Shown here: piece by piece, positions 42,985-56,171 of the stretch
Layout of the letters: each line of letters starts with the position of its first letter
Numbering within the stretch: position 1 is the first letter of the stretch
From: Eledone cirrhosa
Taxonomy: Eukaryota
DNA length: 64,000 bases
Reading direction: 5' to 3'
NCBI GenBank assembly: GCA_964016885.1
Contig: OZ024761.1
Location: forward strand, 17,546,001 to 17,610,000
Notes under the pieces: generated by a model
Databases searched by the model: none
What the model was told of the DNA's origin: nothing
The model's input: only the letters and a program-made list of their open reading frames with translations
Program-made: the position numbers and the translations under genes

Positions 42985-44705
42985 TAATCTGCCCCTCTAA
43001 ATCAGATATAGGTAAAATAAGCAAATATATCTTAGATAGAATCATCCCCCAAATTAAGGCTAAGGTTAACATTAAACTCTGGGGGAAGACCCAAGAAGCA
43101 ATAAGATGGTTTAATAGCATTAGCAATAAGAATAAATCTAAGTTTATCCAGTTTGATATCGATGAATATTACTCATCGATATCACCTGAAACTTTGAATA
43201 GAGCCATTAAGTTTGCTAAGGATAACTCTGACCTTACAAACGATGAAATTAAGATTATATTAGAAGCTAGGAAAACTATAGTCAAATTTGAGAACAGTTA
43301 TTGGGTACGTAAAGATAGACCCTCTAACTTTGACATAACAATGGGCTCTAATGATTCGGCGGAAATAACTGATATTGTGGGGTTATTTATCGCCTTTAGA
43401 CTCCAGGAAAAATTCAGCAATCTCCACGGCGGAATATACCGCGACGATGTTCTCCTCCTAGCTAAAAACCTTAATAACCAAAAACTAGAAAAACTACGCA
43501 AAGATATAAGAAAACTACTACTCGAAATAGGACTAACTATAACGTATGAATACAACCTTAAAGTAGTTAACTTCCTGGATGTCACACTCAATTTAAACTC
43601 TGGTTTGATTAAACCGTTTCATAAATTGAATGAAAATCTCAAATACGTAAATGTTGGGTCTAACCACCCCATCTCTATAATTAAATCTATCCCTAAAAAT
43701 ATTTCCCTTAGAATCTCGGGTCTATCTTCTAACATACAAGTATTTAAGGAACACGCCGAGTACTACGATAACGCCCTTAGTAAAGCAGGCTACCTCAACA
43801 AAATAGAGTACATAGATGGGAACAATCAAAACACCCAAAATAAATCCCACATAGGTAGATATAATAACACAACACCAAACCACACTTACTACCATAGTAT
43901 GCACACCAGTAAACCAACAAACAAAACTAATAGAAAGCGATGCAAAGAGTACTTATGGTATAACCCCGAATACAATAGTTCCATTAGTACAAATTTACCA
44001 GTACTCTTCTTTAAAATAATTAAAAGACATTTTCCCACATCACACAAATACCACAAAATCCTAAACCCTACCACTATAAGACTGTCATACTCTACAGCGT
44101 TAAACCTTGAACAACACATAAAAAAGATCAATACTAGAAGGTTAAACGAAAACACTAAGAACTTAAGTACAAAGAACACAAAAAAAACAGTAGACAATAC
44201 ACTACAGAACATAAATAAACCACACCTAAGTTCGTCCGCAATACTACTCCAGAGAAAACCCAACGTACACAACTGTAACTGCACCTATCCTGACAACTGC
44301 CCCCTCGGCAATAACTGCCTGGAAAAAAATATTATTTATAAGTGTACCATTAAATCCGGAGGCAACGAGTGGTATTACGTGGGATCAACGGCAACATCGT
44401 TTAAATCTCGATTGTATAGGCATTCTTACTCAATAAAACACCAGAGCCAAAGAAATGTAACAACTTTAGCAGAAAAAGCTTGGACGCTCAGGGATAGCGA
44501 TCAAAAGTTTACCCTAAAATGGGAAAAATTAGCTAAAACCCAAAGCTTTTCCAGGAGCCAAAATTTCTGCAAATTGTGTAATCTTGAGATTTATTACATA
44601 ATCACACACAAGAAGAAACTGCTGAATAACAGAATTGAACGAACATTATTCTGCCGTCACAGAACTAAAACCCTTTTTTCCCACTACAAGCCGAATATTA
44701 CATAA
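42981..44705 (+). CDS. PLE reverse transcriptase + GIY-YIG endonuclease (N-terminally truncated, otherwise open)
   Basis: RLICPSKSD, FIQFDIDEYYSSI, ITMGSNDSAE, YRDD, NFLDVTLNL; RHFPTSHKYH / CNC-x5-C; IIYKC...YYVGST, FKSRLYRH, CKLCNLE, LNNR..CRH. The first ~59 aa of the track ORF (from 42804) are antisense read-through of the inverted arm. Confidence 0.9.
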   Translation, partial: RLICPSKSDIGKISKYILDRIIPQIKAKVNIKLWGKTQEAIRWFNSISNKNKSKFIQFDIDEYYSSISPETLNRAIKFAKDNSDLTNDEIKIILEARKTIVKFENSYWVRKDRPSNFDITMGSNDSAEITDIVGLFIAFRLQEKFSNLHGGIYRDDVLLLAKNLNNQKLEKLRKDIRKLLLEIGLTITYEYNLKVVNFLDVTLNLNSGLIKPFHKLNENLKYVNVGSNHPISIIKSIPKNISLRISGLSSNIQVFKEHAEYYDNALSKAGYLNKIEYIDGNNQNTQNKSHIGRYNNTTPNHTYYHSMHTSKPTNKTNRKRCKEYLWYNPEYNSSISTNLPVLFFKIIKRHFPTSHKYHKILNPTTIRLSYSTALNLEQHIKKINTRRLNENTKNLSTKNTKKTVDNTLQNINKPHLSSSAILLQRKPNVHNCNCTYPDNCPLGNNCLEKNIIYKCTIKSGGNEWYYVGSTATSFKSRLYRHSYSIKHQSQRNVTTLAEKAWTLRDSDQKFTLKWEKLAKTQSFSRSQNFCKLCNLEIYYIITHKKKLLNNRIERTLFCRHRTKTLFSHYKPNIT

Positions 44706-44974
44706 AAGAGGGACATCCCCCAACTATATAAACCTTAATCTAGTTACAAAAATATAAAAACAATCTCTTCTCAACATATATTAATAACCTTAAATTACCA
44801 CACTAATAATGGAAAGATATGCTAATGAGAATAAGTGCAAATATGCGATAATGAATGTGTCTAAAAACGTCCATAAGTATGTATATATATGTGAAAATGT
44901 ATATAAATAAGTAAATATATATATATGTTTGATGTGTATAGTTAGATGTAAGTGTATTCATGTATTAAAGTGCT

Positions 44975-45055
<81 letters not shown>

Positions 45056-45613
45056 ATGTATGTGTATATAGATGTGTATGTATGTGTATGTGTGTACACA
45101 TGGACTAGAGTATGTATGTATATATGTGTATGTCTATACGTGTGTATATAAAGATAAGTTGAGTATGAAAATGTATACACATGAGCGCGTATGTATGTAC
45201 ATGAATACATGTGTGTATATATATGTGTATGCATGTGTATATATATGTAAGTATGAATATGTGAATTGTGAGTATATGTATTTTGTAGAGGTGTGCAAAT
45301 ATGTGTGTGTATGAATGCGTGGGTGAAAGGATACGTACACTTGAAAGAAAAATTTAAGTCTGAATGTTAATTAAGTGCAAACACAAAACCAACCACGCAT
45401 ATCTTTACTATCTCTAATCCTTCTATAGATTTAGAAAAATAACCAATAATATATTCTATAAAAAATGTCAAAACAACAGATGGGAATCTAATTACTCACT
45501 GCCACCAAGAATTTTCACTGCTATCGAAAAACCACTCCTTCAACTATTCTTCTAACAACTTCACCCCTCCCTCCTAATATTCTCTATAAAAACTAAATAG
45601 GTCCTCAGTAATA

Positions 45614-45733
45614 TTATTCTGATGAAATGACAGTAAATAATAACATTGAAATATTGAATGTCTGCATAACTAAAAGTTTGTAGATAGCAGCTGTTTTAGG
45701 TTATGTAACTGTTATAGAAACACGTGTCAATAA
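45614..45733 (+). ncRNA. Type I hammerhead ribozyme in PLE 3' repeat (enlarged stem II)
   Basis: TTATT CTGATGA aATGACAG...CTGTTATa GAAAC ACGT GTC^ AATAA: intact core, stem I TTATT/AATAA, palindromic loop III. Confidence 0.8.
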
Positions 45734-45767
45734 ATTCCTTTCAACTAAACTGTATCCATTCAAATCT

Positions 45768-45814
<47 letters not shown>

Positions 45815-45827
45815 AACATATACTGTG

Positions 45828-45859
<32 letters not shown>

Positions 45860-45906
45860 CATATACTGTGAATATATATACATATACATATATATATATA
45901 CATTTA

Positions 45907-45969
<63 letters not shown>

Positions 45970-46102
45970 CTGTATATATATATATACATATACTGTATAT
46001 ATACATATACTATATATATATATATATACATATACTGTATATATACATATACTATATATATATATACATATACTGTATATATATATATATATATACATAT
46101 AC

Positions 46103-46135
<33 letters not shown>

Positions 46136-46889
46136 TGTATATAAATATATATATACACATATACTGTATATAAATATATATATATACATATACTGTATAT
46201 AAATATATATATATACATATACTGTATATATATATATACATATACTGTATATAAATATATATATATACATATACTGTATATATATATATATATATACTGT
46301 ATATATATATATACATATACTGTATATATATATATATATATATACATATATACATATATAACCAAGGCCAAACTTGCCTCCTGGCCTGGGCAACCTGTCT
46401 AACTCATGCAAGCATAGAAGAATTGCTGCTAAACGGAAATGATGATATATATATATATATATACATAGATATATATATGTGTGTGTGTGTGTGTGTATGT
46501 ATGTAAAAGCTGTGTGTGGCTCTTGTAAAGCTTGTTTGCAGGTCTTTCCTCAAAACCTCCCCCCGCTATGTCTCTCACTGCTACCCCCAAATCATTCAAC
46601 CATCCACCAACGTCACTAGTTCATATGTGGGTTGATATGTGGGTTGATAAGTTTAATTAACCTGTAACAATCAAACAGTGGATGTTCTCATCACTAATTA
46701 CATCTGTTATGTTGTTTTTGCACACCTGGTCGCCATTGTTGTTGGCTATCGATCATTTTTATTGGAGAATAATGGGGGTGGGGGTGGCGGTGAAGGAGTG
46801 CTCTGAATCAGTTATAAATATTTATATTTGTTGAATTACCAACAAATTGAATATCCCTTCTGCTTGTATGCATATAATATATATAATAT

Positions 46890-48571
46890 ATCGTCATCAT
46901 CACCATCATCACCGTTTTACGTCCGTTCTTCCACGCTAGCATGGGTTAGACGGGTTGTCCTGTTGTGCGCAGTGTCTGGTCAGCTGACCATGCCTTGCTC
47001 ATACAGCAACTGATTTGGCTTGATTTCTACAGCTGGATGCCCTTCCTAACACCAACCTCATTTACAGTGAGTGCTGGGAGCTTTTTCGTGGCGCCTACAC
47101 GTCCACTTTACAGTGTGGGCTGGGTGCTTTTTTGCCGTGGCACCTCCACGACCACCTTGCAGTGGGAGGGTGTGGGGGCATATTGTCTATATGCTTCAGC
47201 TTGTACCCATGGGAGGTCGGGTACTCTGTATTACTGCGTGACGCCAGAGGTCACGGTCGTGTGTCATCGCCTTTGAGAGGTGTAATCGGGTAAGGTCGGC
47301 TTTTATCACCTCATCCCAGGTCATCTTGGATCTCCCAACTCCGCGGTTTCCATCGACTTCTAGTGCTCTGCACCTTTTTATGCAGCTGTCATCCTTCATA
47401 TGCATCACATGTCCATATCAGCGCAACCGCCTCTCCTGCACACAGCATTTGATTCCTCTTATGCTCAGTCTCTCTCTCAATTCATTTATGCTTTGTCCTT
47501 CATGTATATTACTGTTACACATCCATCGGAGCATGCAGGCTTCGTTTCTCTCTAATCAGAAGCTGTCTACTGTTTCTACAGAGCCCTCCCAGAGATTGGT
47601 GGCACTTGTTTCCTGTGGCTGTTTGCTGCTTGCTGTCCCAGCACAGTTGCTGCATGTGAAGCCTACATTCTTAATTAAGCTTCCTGAGATCCCGCTACAT
47701 CTCTTGTGTACCCATTGTTTGCATTTGGGGCAGAGAATGGAGTTCCTACCTACACCTTTCCTACATACTGAGCAAGGCCATTTCCCTGAGGGGATCTGGG
47801 TTCTGTTTTCTCGTCTACTTACAAGGACCTTAGTCTTTGTCATGTTGACTTTGAGACCCTTTCTTTCTAGTCCCTGCTTCCAAGTTTGGAATTTCTTCTC
47901 CAGTTCTACCATAGATTCAGCTATAAGTGCGAGGTCATCAGCATACAGGAGTTCCCATGGGCATCCGGTCTTAAACTCCTCCGTTATTGCCTGCAGGACT
48001 ATGATGAACAGGAGGGGGCTAAGAACAGAGCCCTGGTGGACCCCAACCTGTACACTAAATTCCTCGCTATACTCATTGCTAATCCTAACTTTGCTGACTG
48101 TTCCCATATACATGGCTTGTACCGCTTTCACAAGCCATTCATCTACTCCTAGTTTTCTAAGAGCCCACCAGATTATAGCACGTGGAACTCTGTCAAAGGC
48201 TTTCTCAAGGTCGACGAATGCCAGGTAGAGTGGCTTACTTTTAGCTAGATACTTTTCCTGTAACTGCCTCACAAGGAAGAGGGCATCAATGGTGCCTCTT
48301 CCTGGTACAAACCCAAATTGCATCTCGTCTAGTTTCACCCGGTCCCTAATCAACTGTGCTATAACTCTTTCTGTTACTTTCATGACCTGGTCCATCAGCT
48401 TTATACCTCTATAGTTTCCTGTATCTAGTGCATCACCTTTACCTTTGTAGCAGTTGACAATGATGCTACTGCACCAATCTTTTGGTATGACACCTTCTAG
48501 TATTACCTGGTTAACAATACGTGTGGTTATAGTGTGACCTACAGACCCAGATGCCTTCAGCATCTCGGCAG

Positions 48572-48572
<1 letters not shown>
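46890..48572 (-). mobile_element. 5'-truncated RTE-type LINE with internal deletion
   Basis: NYRGIKL, QFGFVPGRGT, FVDLEKAFDRVPR, QGSVLSP, YADD; deletion near 47555 joins VDSF to the RLERNE region; 3'UTR ends in (GAT)n at ~46890. Confidence 0.92.
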
Positions 48573-48605
<33 letters not shown>

Positions 48606-49078
48606 TCATCATCATTATCATCATTTAATGTCCATCTTCCACGCTAGCATGGGTTAGACGGGATTGTCCCACTTGAGGTAAGATTGGTTGGGTGACCGTG
48701 TCTCATTCGTATAGATGTAGAAGTCATGACAAAAAGCACACACTGTAAATGTGGTTGGTATTAGGAAGGACATCCAGCCGTAGAAACATATCCAGAAACA
48801 GTTCCATATGATCAGGACACGGTCACCTGACCCAACTTGCCTCTAATGGGACAACCCATCTAACCCATGCTAGCATGGAAAAGTGGATGTAAAAACGATG
48901 ATGATGATGATATATATATATATATATAATCTGTTATTTTAATAAATATTTGCTCTACGGTTCTTATATATTTGATATATATTTATTCTTATCGAGCCCT
49001 CTTTGGATTTTAGTCTTCAAATTTATTATTACTACTATATATATATATATAGTAATAACAATATTTATATTTATATAT

Positions 49079-49297
49079 GTTTGATACAACTATAAATATG
49101 GAGGGTAGTACTAAGTACTAGCTGGTTACTCGTATGACAAAAGGCTCAATGCAAAATTTTCAAGTGTTTTACAGAGCCGAGATACAAAGTGTTAAAACAA
49201 TCAAATGCTTCGATGATTCCAGACTTCCCTCTGGAAGAAACAATTGTCAGCAAATAAATGTTCTAAACTAAAATTTGATCGTTTTAACACTTTGTAT
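49079..49297. mobile_element. Fold-back insert K just upstream of the second PLE
   Basis: Arms tacaaagtgttaaaacaatcaaat / atttgatcgttttaacactttgta enclosing a hammerhead; inverted tail with bulged hairpin 49143-49178. Confidence 0.68.
49206..49252 (+). ncRNA. Hammerhead-like motif, variant core
   Basis: TGCT TCGATGA TTCCAGA cttccc TCTGGAA GAAAC AATT GTC^ AGCA. Confidence 0.65.
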
Positions 49298-49542
49298 ATA
49301 TATATATCCATTTACATATGCTCTCACACACTCACAGATTGAGACACACAAGCACATGTATGTATACGCACCCGGTGGCTAATACAATGTCACGTTAAAG
49401 ATGTCATATCAAAAGAGATATATTTGCGTGCTTGTGTGTGTATATTGATCGCAGCATATTCTATATTACATATACGATTGGCACTTTCCAGCCCGATTAG
49501 TTGAGCACTCTACAGTTTTCAGGAATTTAACCAACATACACC

Positions 49543-51305
49543 ATGGACCTTTATGATTTGGATTATTCTATCAAAAATATACCCACTCCTTCCAACACAA
49601 CTTACACCAAAATCCTCATTGATAAAATCGAACAAGTCGTTAAAAGAATGAGATGGAAGGCAATGGTTTACGATGGACTATTCAGTGCTGATACTAAAGA
49701 TTATTTTGACATTAAATCCCGTAAATATCCACCTAGAATTAAAGACATGGCCAACTTCGAATTAGACCTCGTTAATCTAATTAGTGATATCAAATTTCGT
49801 AAGTACAATAATAACTTTCAAACTAAACTTTCTAACGATATCTCTAATTTTAGAAATTCTACAAACACTTTCGTTCTTTCTGATAAAACTAAAAACCTCT
49901 TTGAAGTTAATAGTAATTTGTATAACCAACTTTTAACTAATAGTATTACCAATAAATATCAATTAACTAATAATAATAGCTACAATACTATCAATAAAGA
50001 AGCTAAAGAACTAGCTAGTTCTTTACAAATAGATAACCGGATTGAAAGCTTAGCTAAGCGTAAAGCATATATTACCCTTAAAGACCATAAATTGGACTTT
50101 ACTAATCGACCTAGTTGTAGACTGATTAACCCGGCTAAATCCGAGGTTGGCCTTGCTAGTAAGAAAATCTTAAGAAAAATAATTCTCCAAATTAGAACTA
50201 ACACTGACCTTTCACAGTGGCTAAATACTTCCTCTGTTATTTCTTGGTTCAATAATATACAAGGTAAAAATAAGTGTAGATTTACCCAATTTGATATTGT
50301 CGATTTTTACCCTTCTATTACTGTTTCCTTATTAACCAATGCCTTAGATTTTGCAAGACCCTTCATTAATATCTCTAAATTAGAAGAGGACATTATCTTT
50401 CATGCTAGAAAAACTTTACTTTTTACTAATGATAATATTTGGGTTAAAAAGTCAAACCCTGAAAGCTCTTTTGATGTTGCAATGGGTTCATATGACAGTG
50501 CGGATGTGTGTGACTTAGTAGAATTATTCCTTCTCCACACACTCAAAGAGAAATTTCCGTCCCATAATATCGGTTTATACCGTGATGACGGATTAGCAGT
50601 TTCTCATACCACCAACGGCCATAATCTTGATAAATTCCGTAAAGATTTAATTAATACTTTTGCTAATCTTAACCTTAAAATTACTATAGATACGAACCTT
50701 ACTAATGCTAACTTTCTTGATATTAATCTTGATCTACTTACTGCCTCTTTTAAACCCTATCATAAACCTAATGAAAATCTTAGGTATATACACAAAGAGT
50801 CTTGCCATCCCCCTATAGTTTTTAATAATCTTATTCCTAACATTAGCCATAGGATTTCTACCTTATCTTCGTCTATAGACATTTTTAATAAAGCCCTTAA
50901 GAACAGCGGTTTTACGGAAAAAATTTCTTATTTACCTACCCCCCCCCCCCTAAAACTAACCATAATAACAGGAAAAGGAAGATTATTTGGTTCACACCCC
51001 CCTTCTCTCTAACTGTCAAAACTAATGTAGGAAGGAAATTCCTTGAACTATTAGACAAACATTTTCCTCCTATTCATAGATATTATAAGATTTTTAATAG
51101 GAATGTAGTTAAGATCAGCTACTCTTGTTGCCCATCCATGAAGTCCAAAATCACCAGTTCAAACCGTACGAGGATAAATCCAGGATGCAGTTGCAGGAAG
51201 CCGGATGAATGCCCATTGCAGGGTAAATGTAACACAAAATCTGTCGTTTATTAGGCTAAGATAACGCCAGTTATCAACAACCAGCCAGCCAGGAGTGAGC
51301 GAATT
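49543..51305 (+). pseudogene. Second Penelope-like (Naiad-like) element ORF: full RT, frameshift, truncated GIY-YIG
   Basis: MDLYDLDYSIKNIP...KRMRWKA, SDKT, CRLINPAKSE, FDIVDFYPSI, MGSYDSADVCD, YRDDGL; frameshift in the poly-C near 50940-50950, continuing as RKRKIIWFTPPFS...KHFPP...CSCRKPDECPLQGKC...SVVY* and then deleted; hammerhead downstream at 51458. Confidence 0.88.
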
Positions 51306-51457
51306 TTGTCCTTTAATATGAATGTAACCTTTGTATGTAAATTGCCATGCTATATCATATGATGGATGTCAACCCACTGTGGGTCAATATATACATATGT
51401 TTTTGCATGTCTCTTGTGTTGATAAGGAGGTCAAGTATGTGAAAAATCACTAAATAG

Positions 51458-51506
51458 TTGCTCCGAAGAATCCAAACCTCGGTTTGGAGGAAACAATTGT
51501 AAGCAA
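51458..51506 (+). ncRNA. Hammerhead-like motif at 3' end of second PLE, variant core CCGAAGA
   Basis: TTGCT CCGAAGA aTCCAAACC tc GGTTTGGAg GAAAC AATT GTA^ AGCAA. Confidence 0.72.
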
Positions 51507-51771
51507 ATAAATGATTTAAACTGAACTTTGATTCATGTAATTTCTATATATATATATGTGTAAATTAAACAGTGATGATAGGGTATTAGCCCTGAAATAT
51601 GTTGAAAATGATTTATCATCATTTGTTCTTTATATATTTTTACTACATTGCACTGGCTTTCTGAAACTTATCAATCATATATATATATATCATCATCATC
51701 ATCCTCATCACCGTTTTATGTCCATTTTTCTACGCTAGCATGGGTATATATATACATATATGTATATATAT

Positions 51772-51836
<65 letters not shown>

Positions 51837-52199
51837 TCACAGGCTTCTACATGACTAGAGCTGTTTCATTCAAAGGAAATCATCAGGAAAACCCTGTAGA
51901 AACCATTTCTATATTAAATTCTGTTGTATATATATCGAAAGTCGATCGACAAGATCCCAGACCTTGTCAAATTGGACCAAGGAAACAATATTTCCATTGG
52001 TCATTCCAATTGTCAATACTATCTACTTAAAAAAAAATAAAGGGAGAAGGAGCAACGTGAAATAAAGTGTCTTGCTCAAGGACATAACACATCGCTCGGT
52101 CCGGGAATTGAACTCACAACCTCACGATTGCAAATTCAATTCTCTAACCACTCAGCCATGTGCCTTCACAGGCTGTGTGGTTACTAAAAACGAAGTGTT

Positions 52200-53107
52200 A
52201 GAAGGTAAAAGACACATTAGATAGCATAGTCCTAGGTACAATATGTCTGAATAAAATAAAGGTCACATGAGATAGTGTAGTCCTAGATACAATATGTCTG
52301 AATAAAATAAAGGTCACATGAGATAGTGTAGTCCTAGATACAATATGTCTGAATAAAATAAAGGGCACATGAGATAGTGTAGTCCTAGATACAATATGTC
52401 TGAATAAAATGGACTCATTAGATAGTGTAATCCTAGATATACTGTATCTGAATGAAAAACAGGACACTTTAAATAGCATAATCCTAGATACACTGTGTCT
52501 GAATAAAAGATAGAACACATGAGATAACATAGTCCTAGGTTAACTGTGTCTGAATGAATGGCAGAACACTTTATATTGTGAAGTCCTAGGTACACTGTGT
52601 TTCAATAAAAGGCAGAACACAGTAGATAATGTAGTCTTAGGTACACTGTGTCTGAATGAATGGCAAAACACATTAGCTAGATACAGTATGTTTGAATGAA
52701 AGACAGGACACATGAGATAATATATTCCTAGATGCACCATGTCTGAATGAAAGACAATACACATTAGATAAATACAGTATGTTTGAATGAAAGACAGGAC
52801 ACATGAGATAATATATTCCTAGATGCACCATGTCTGAATGAAAGACAGTACACATTAGATAAATACAGTATGTTTGAATGAAAGACAGGACACATGAGAT
52901 AATATATTCCTAGATACACCATGTCTGAATGAAAGACAATACACATTAGATAAATACAGTATGTTTGAATATATTCCTAGATACACCATGTTTGAATAAA
53001 TGACAGGACACATTAGATAGATACAGTATGTTTGAATGAAAGGACGGACACGAGATAATATATTCCTAGACACACCATGTCAGTACAAATAACAGGACAC
53101 TTTAGAT
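52200..53107. repeat. ~46/91-bp degenerate tandem repeat (related inverted units at ~60200-60950)
   Basis: Units ...gacacatgagata..gtagtcctagatacaatatgtctgaataaa... Confidence 0.85.
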
Positions 53108-53424
53108 CAGGGGTGTGCAACAGGCGGCCCGCGGGCCACAATCCTGCCCGCCAGACCAGTCAGAGTGGCCCGCGATAACCGTTTTTAATTTTTACCTTGT
53201 AGGCTTATTTAGAATTTTTTTCGTAACCGTATTACAATTTTCTGTTAGTTGACCTATACTAAAGGGCTTCACTGATAGGGTTATGTGTTATAATTTCCCA
53301 GTTCCATGTTACGGAAAGAAGTTGTGGTGAATCTTTGGAATAGTGCTTAATAAATATTAATGGCCCTAATAGTTGTTCCAATGTTCAAAAGTGGCTCGCC
53401 AATGGAATATGTTGCACACCCCTT
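53108..53424. mobile_element. hAT (Charlie-like) MITE
   Basis: TIRs CAGGGGTGTGCAACA / TGTTGCACACCCCTT and 8-bp TSD CTTTAGAT. Confidence 0.88.
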
Positions 53425-53740
53425 CTTTAGATAGATACGGTATGGTCTGCTGGATCAGATCTTATGCTAAGAAGGGAGAAGCAAGGTTTTAAAGAACAAC
53501 AACAATAATAAACCTTAAACCAAACTATATGGAAGCAGTACCGACCTTCAACGCTGGAAACTGTTAGCCTGTAGGATGTCATAGTAGTATGGAATATCTC
53601 TGTTTAGGGGGAAATTCACAAATATGTTTATATTTATATTGATATATTGATATATATATATATATGTATATATATATAAGTATTGTATTGGTTTCTGATA
53701 CGTCAGTTAATGAGCACACGTAACAGGTGTACCAGAAGCA

Positions 53741-53779
<39 letters not shown>

Positions 53780-53821
53780 AACGTTTGTGTGTGCATTTGT
53801 TTACACCTATATATATGTGTG

Positions 53822-53869
<48 letters not shown>

Positions 53870-53919
53870 CGTACATACATATATATATACATACGTACAT
53901 ACATATATATATACATACG

Positions 53920-53957
<38 letters not shown>

Positions 53958-54577
53958 CGTACATACATTTACACATTTAACTTTCAATATATCCTCACAG
54001 CTGTCTCCATTTGCCATTTGTTTCTTCAAATGCACCTACGTTTGTGAGTGGTCGTCTGATTGTGCGTATGTAATATATATATATATGAGAGAGAGGGAGA
54101 TAGGTGTGTTTGTGTGAGTGTATGGATGTGTTTGTATGTGTGTGAGTTTCTTTCAGATTTACTTAAGTTATTCTTCACAGTGTCAATACTAAAACTATTA
54201 AATTTATATAAAATATCCCTAATATCCACAAATGATACATATATTATCAATTACTTTTCCATAATCAATCGGGTCCATTGTTTTTTTTTGTTGTACTCCC
54301 TTTGCTATCCCCTATCGTCACGTAATTCTCCAGAAGCTGCCCCATACAAAACAGATTCCCAAATTCTTTTGTCCCTTTTACCCTGTGGTGAAATTTTGAG
54401 AGTAAATTTACTCATCCTTCCCCTGTTTTCTTCACCAATATAACTTTACTTTCTATCACACACACATATATATAGAGAGAGATATCTGAATATGCACATG
54501 TATTTTTTTTTTCCCTTTTCGCTGTTCCTTCCTCTCATCAATCTTTACTTTCTATTTATCTTCTATCTCTAACCCTA

Positions 54578-54613
54578 TTTTCTGATGAAGGACTAGTGTC
54601 CGAAATATTAAGA
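54578..54613 (+). ncRNA. Degenerate hammerhead-like motif
   Basis: CTGATGA aGGAC tagt GTCC GAAA tatta; stems I/III weak. Confidence 0.4.
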
Positions 54614-54920
54614 CTCTCTTCCTGCTATTTCAAGCGTTAAACTAATATATTTCTTCCATTTACTGTGCCGTTTGTTTCGTTATTTTTGTTATTCTTGTTT
54701 ATCTTTTACATATGTATATATATATAACGAAGGAAGTGTGGTAAGGAATCAGGTGGACCATAACGCACATAAGTACTCAATACTTAGGGTAGTAGAGTGG
54801 GTGATAGGAAAATGTTCAAGACCCCGGCGGTAGAGCTCAAGCCGTTTCGACAGCTATTTCAGTCCAGAAATAGTCGTCGATACGGCTTGAGCTCTGTCGT
54901 CGGGGACTTGAACATTTTTC

Positions 54921-54975
<55 letters not shown>

Positions 54976-55446
54976 AATATATATAGCAAATTTAATATTG
55001 AAATGGCTTCTACAGGAGTAGAACTATTTCATTCGGGGGAAATCAGCAGGAAAGCCCTGTTGATTTCCTTCAAATGAAACAGTTCTAGTCCTGTAGAAGC
55101 TATTTCTATATTAAATTTGGTGTATACACTCTACTAATGTTTTGAATACTTTACTTACTGTGGTTACCCCTGATTGAACCCAGGACTCACATATATATTA
55201 TAAATATATACATATATATATATATAAAGTTAATATATCTGAGGGTACAAGGTACCCCCAGAAATACATAGGTTGTCTATGATTCAAGGTGGTTCTATGG
55301 TAATAATTTGATATACCAGAACTTAATATCAAGATAAGCAGAACAAGTAAAATTCAACCAATTTTTCAAAATAAATCAAAATTAATTTACAATTAAAATT
55401 AATCAAAATTAAAAAATATAATATAAATATTTACCTATTCAAATGG

Positions 55447-55524
55447 CCCTTACTGTACAGTTTCACTTTGCAAAACATTAGATATCACATGGATATTAAT
55501 GGAAAAACAAAGATCATCAGAGAA
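55447..55524 (-). ncRNA. Type I hammerhead ribozyme
   Basis: Minus strand: TTCT CTGATGA tCTTTG...CAAAGt GAAACTGTACAGTA^ AGGG; palindromic stem III ACTGTACAGT. Confidence 0.75.
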
Positions 55525-55613
55525 GCATTTTCCTTTCCTAGGGTTAAAAACCTCAGGAACGATAAAATATATGACCTCGTCTCCAACTGACACAGGTCTG
55601 AAAGGTCGTAAAA

Positions 55614-55736
<123 letters not shown>

Positions 55737-55744
55737 ACATACAT

Positions 55745-55776
<32 letters not shown>

Positions 55777-55936
55777 CATCATCATCATCATCATCGTTTA
55801 ACGTCCGTGTTCCATGCTTGCATGGGTTTGGACGGGAGTTTTCCCACTTGAGGCAAGAGTGGTTGTCTTGCTCGCATAGGACTGTCTGGCGGGTTTTCTA
55901 CAGTTGGATGCCCTTCCTAACACCAACCACATATAC

Positions 55937-55996
<60 letters not shown>

Positions 55997-56171
55997 TATA
56001 TATATATAAATTAGAATTGGAGCTCTGAAATAGCAATATATATATGGATGTATATATAATGTATTTTGCAATACACTTTATGCTTAATTAAAAGCATTTT
56101 GAAGACCGTATGCTATTGTTTTAGAGTAGTGACAAATTCACTTACTTTAATCTCAGCAAACAGGGGAGATA

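Larger units (their letters stand above)
40814..45773 (+). mobile_element. Penelope-like retroelement (Naiad-like), 5'-truncated, with ~2-kb inverted arm; inserted in (TA)n
   Basis: Left arm 40923-42984 is the reverse complement of 43724-45773; 739-bp unique spacer; left arm has ~110 bp extra tail (40814-40922); both ends abut (TA)n; RT + GIY-YIG ORF; hammerhead in each arm. Confidence 0.93.

Noticed and set aside
42981-44705. Selenocysteine recoding as reported for some Naiad PLEs
   Set aside because: No in-frame TGA; Cys positions are TGT/TGC. The stop in the second PLE is TAG. The bulged hairpin lacks the SECIS AUGA/GA quartet.
47326-48228. 300-aa + strand ORF
   Set aside because: Antisense shadow of the minus-strand LINE RT.
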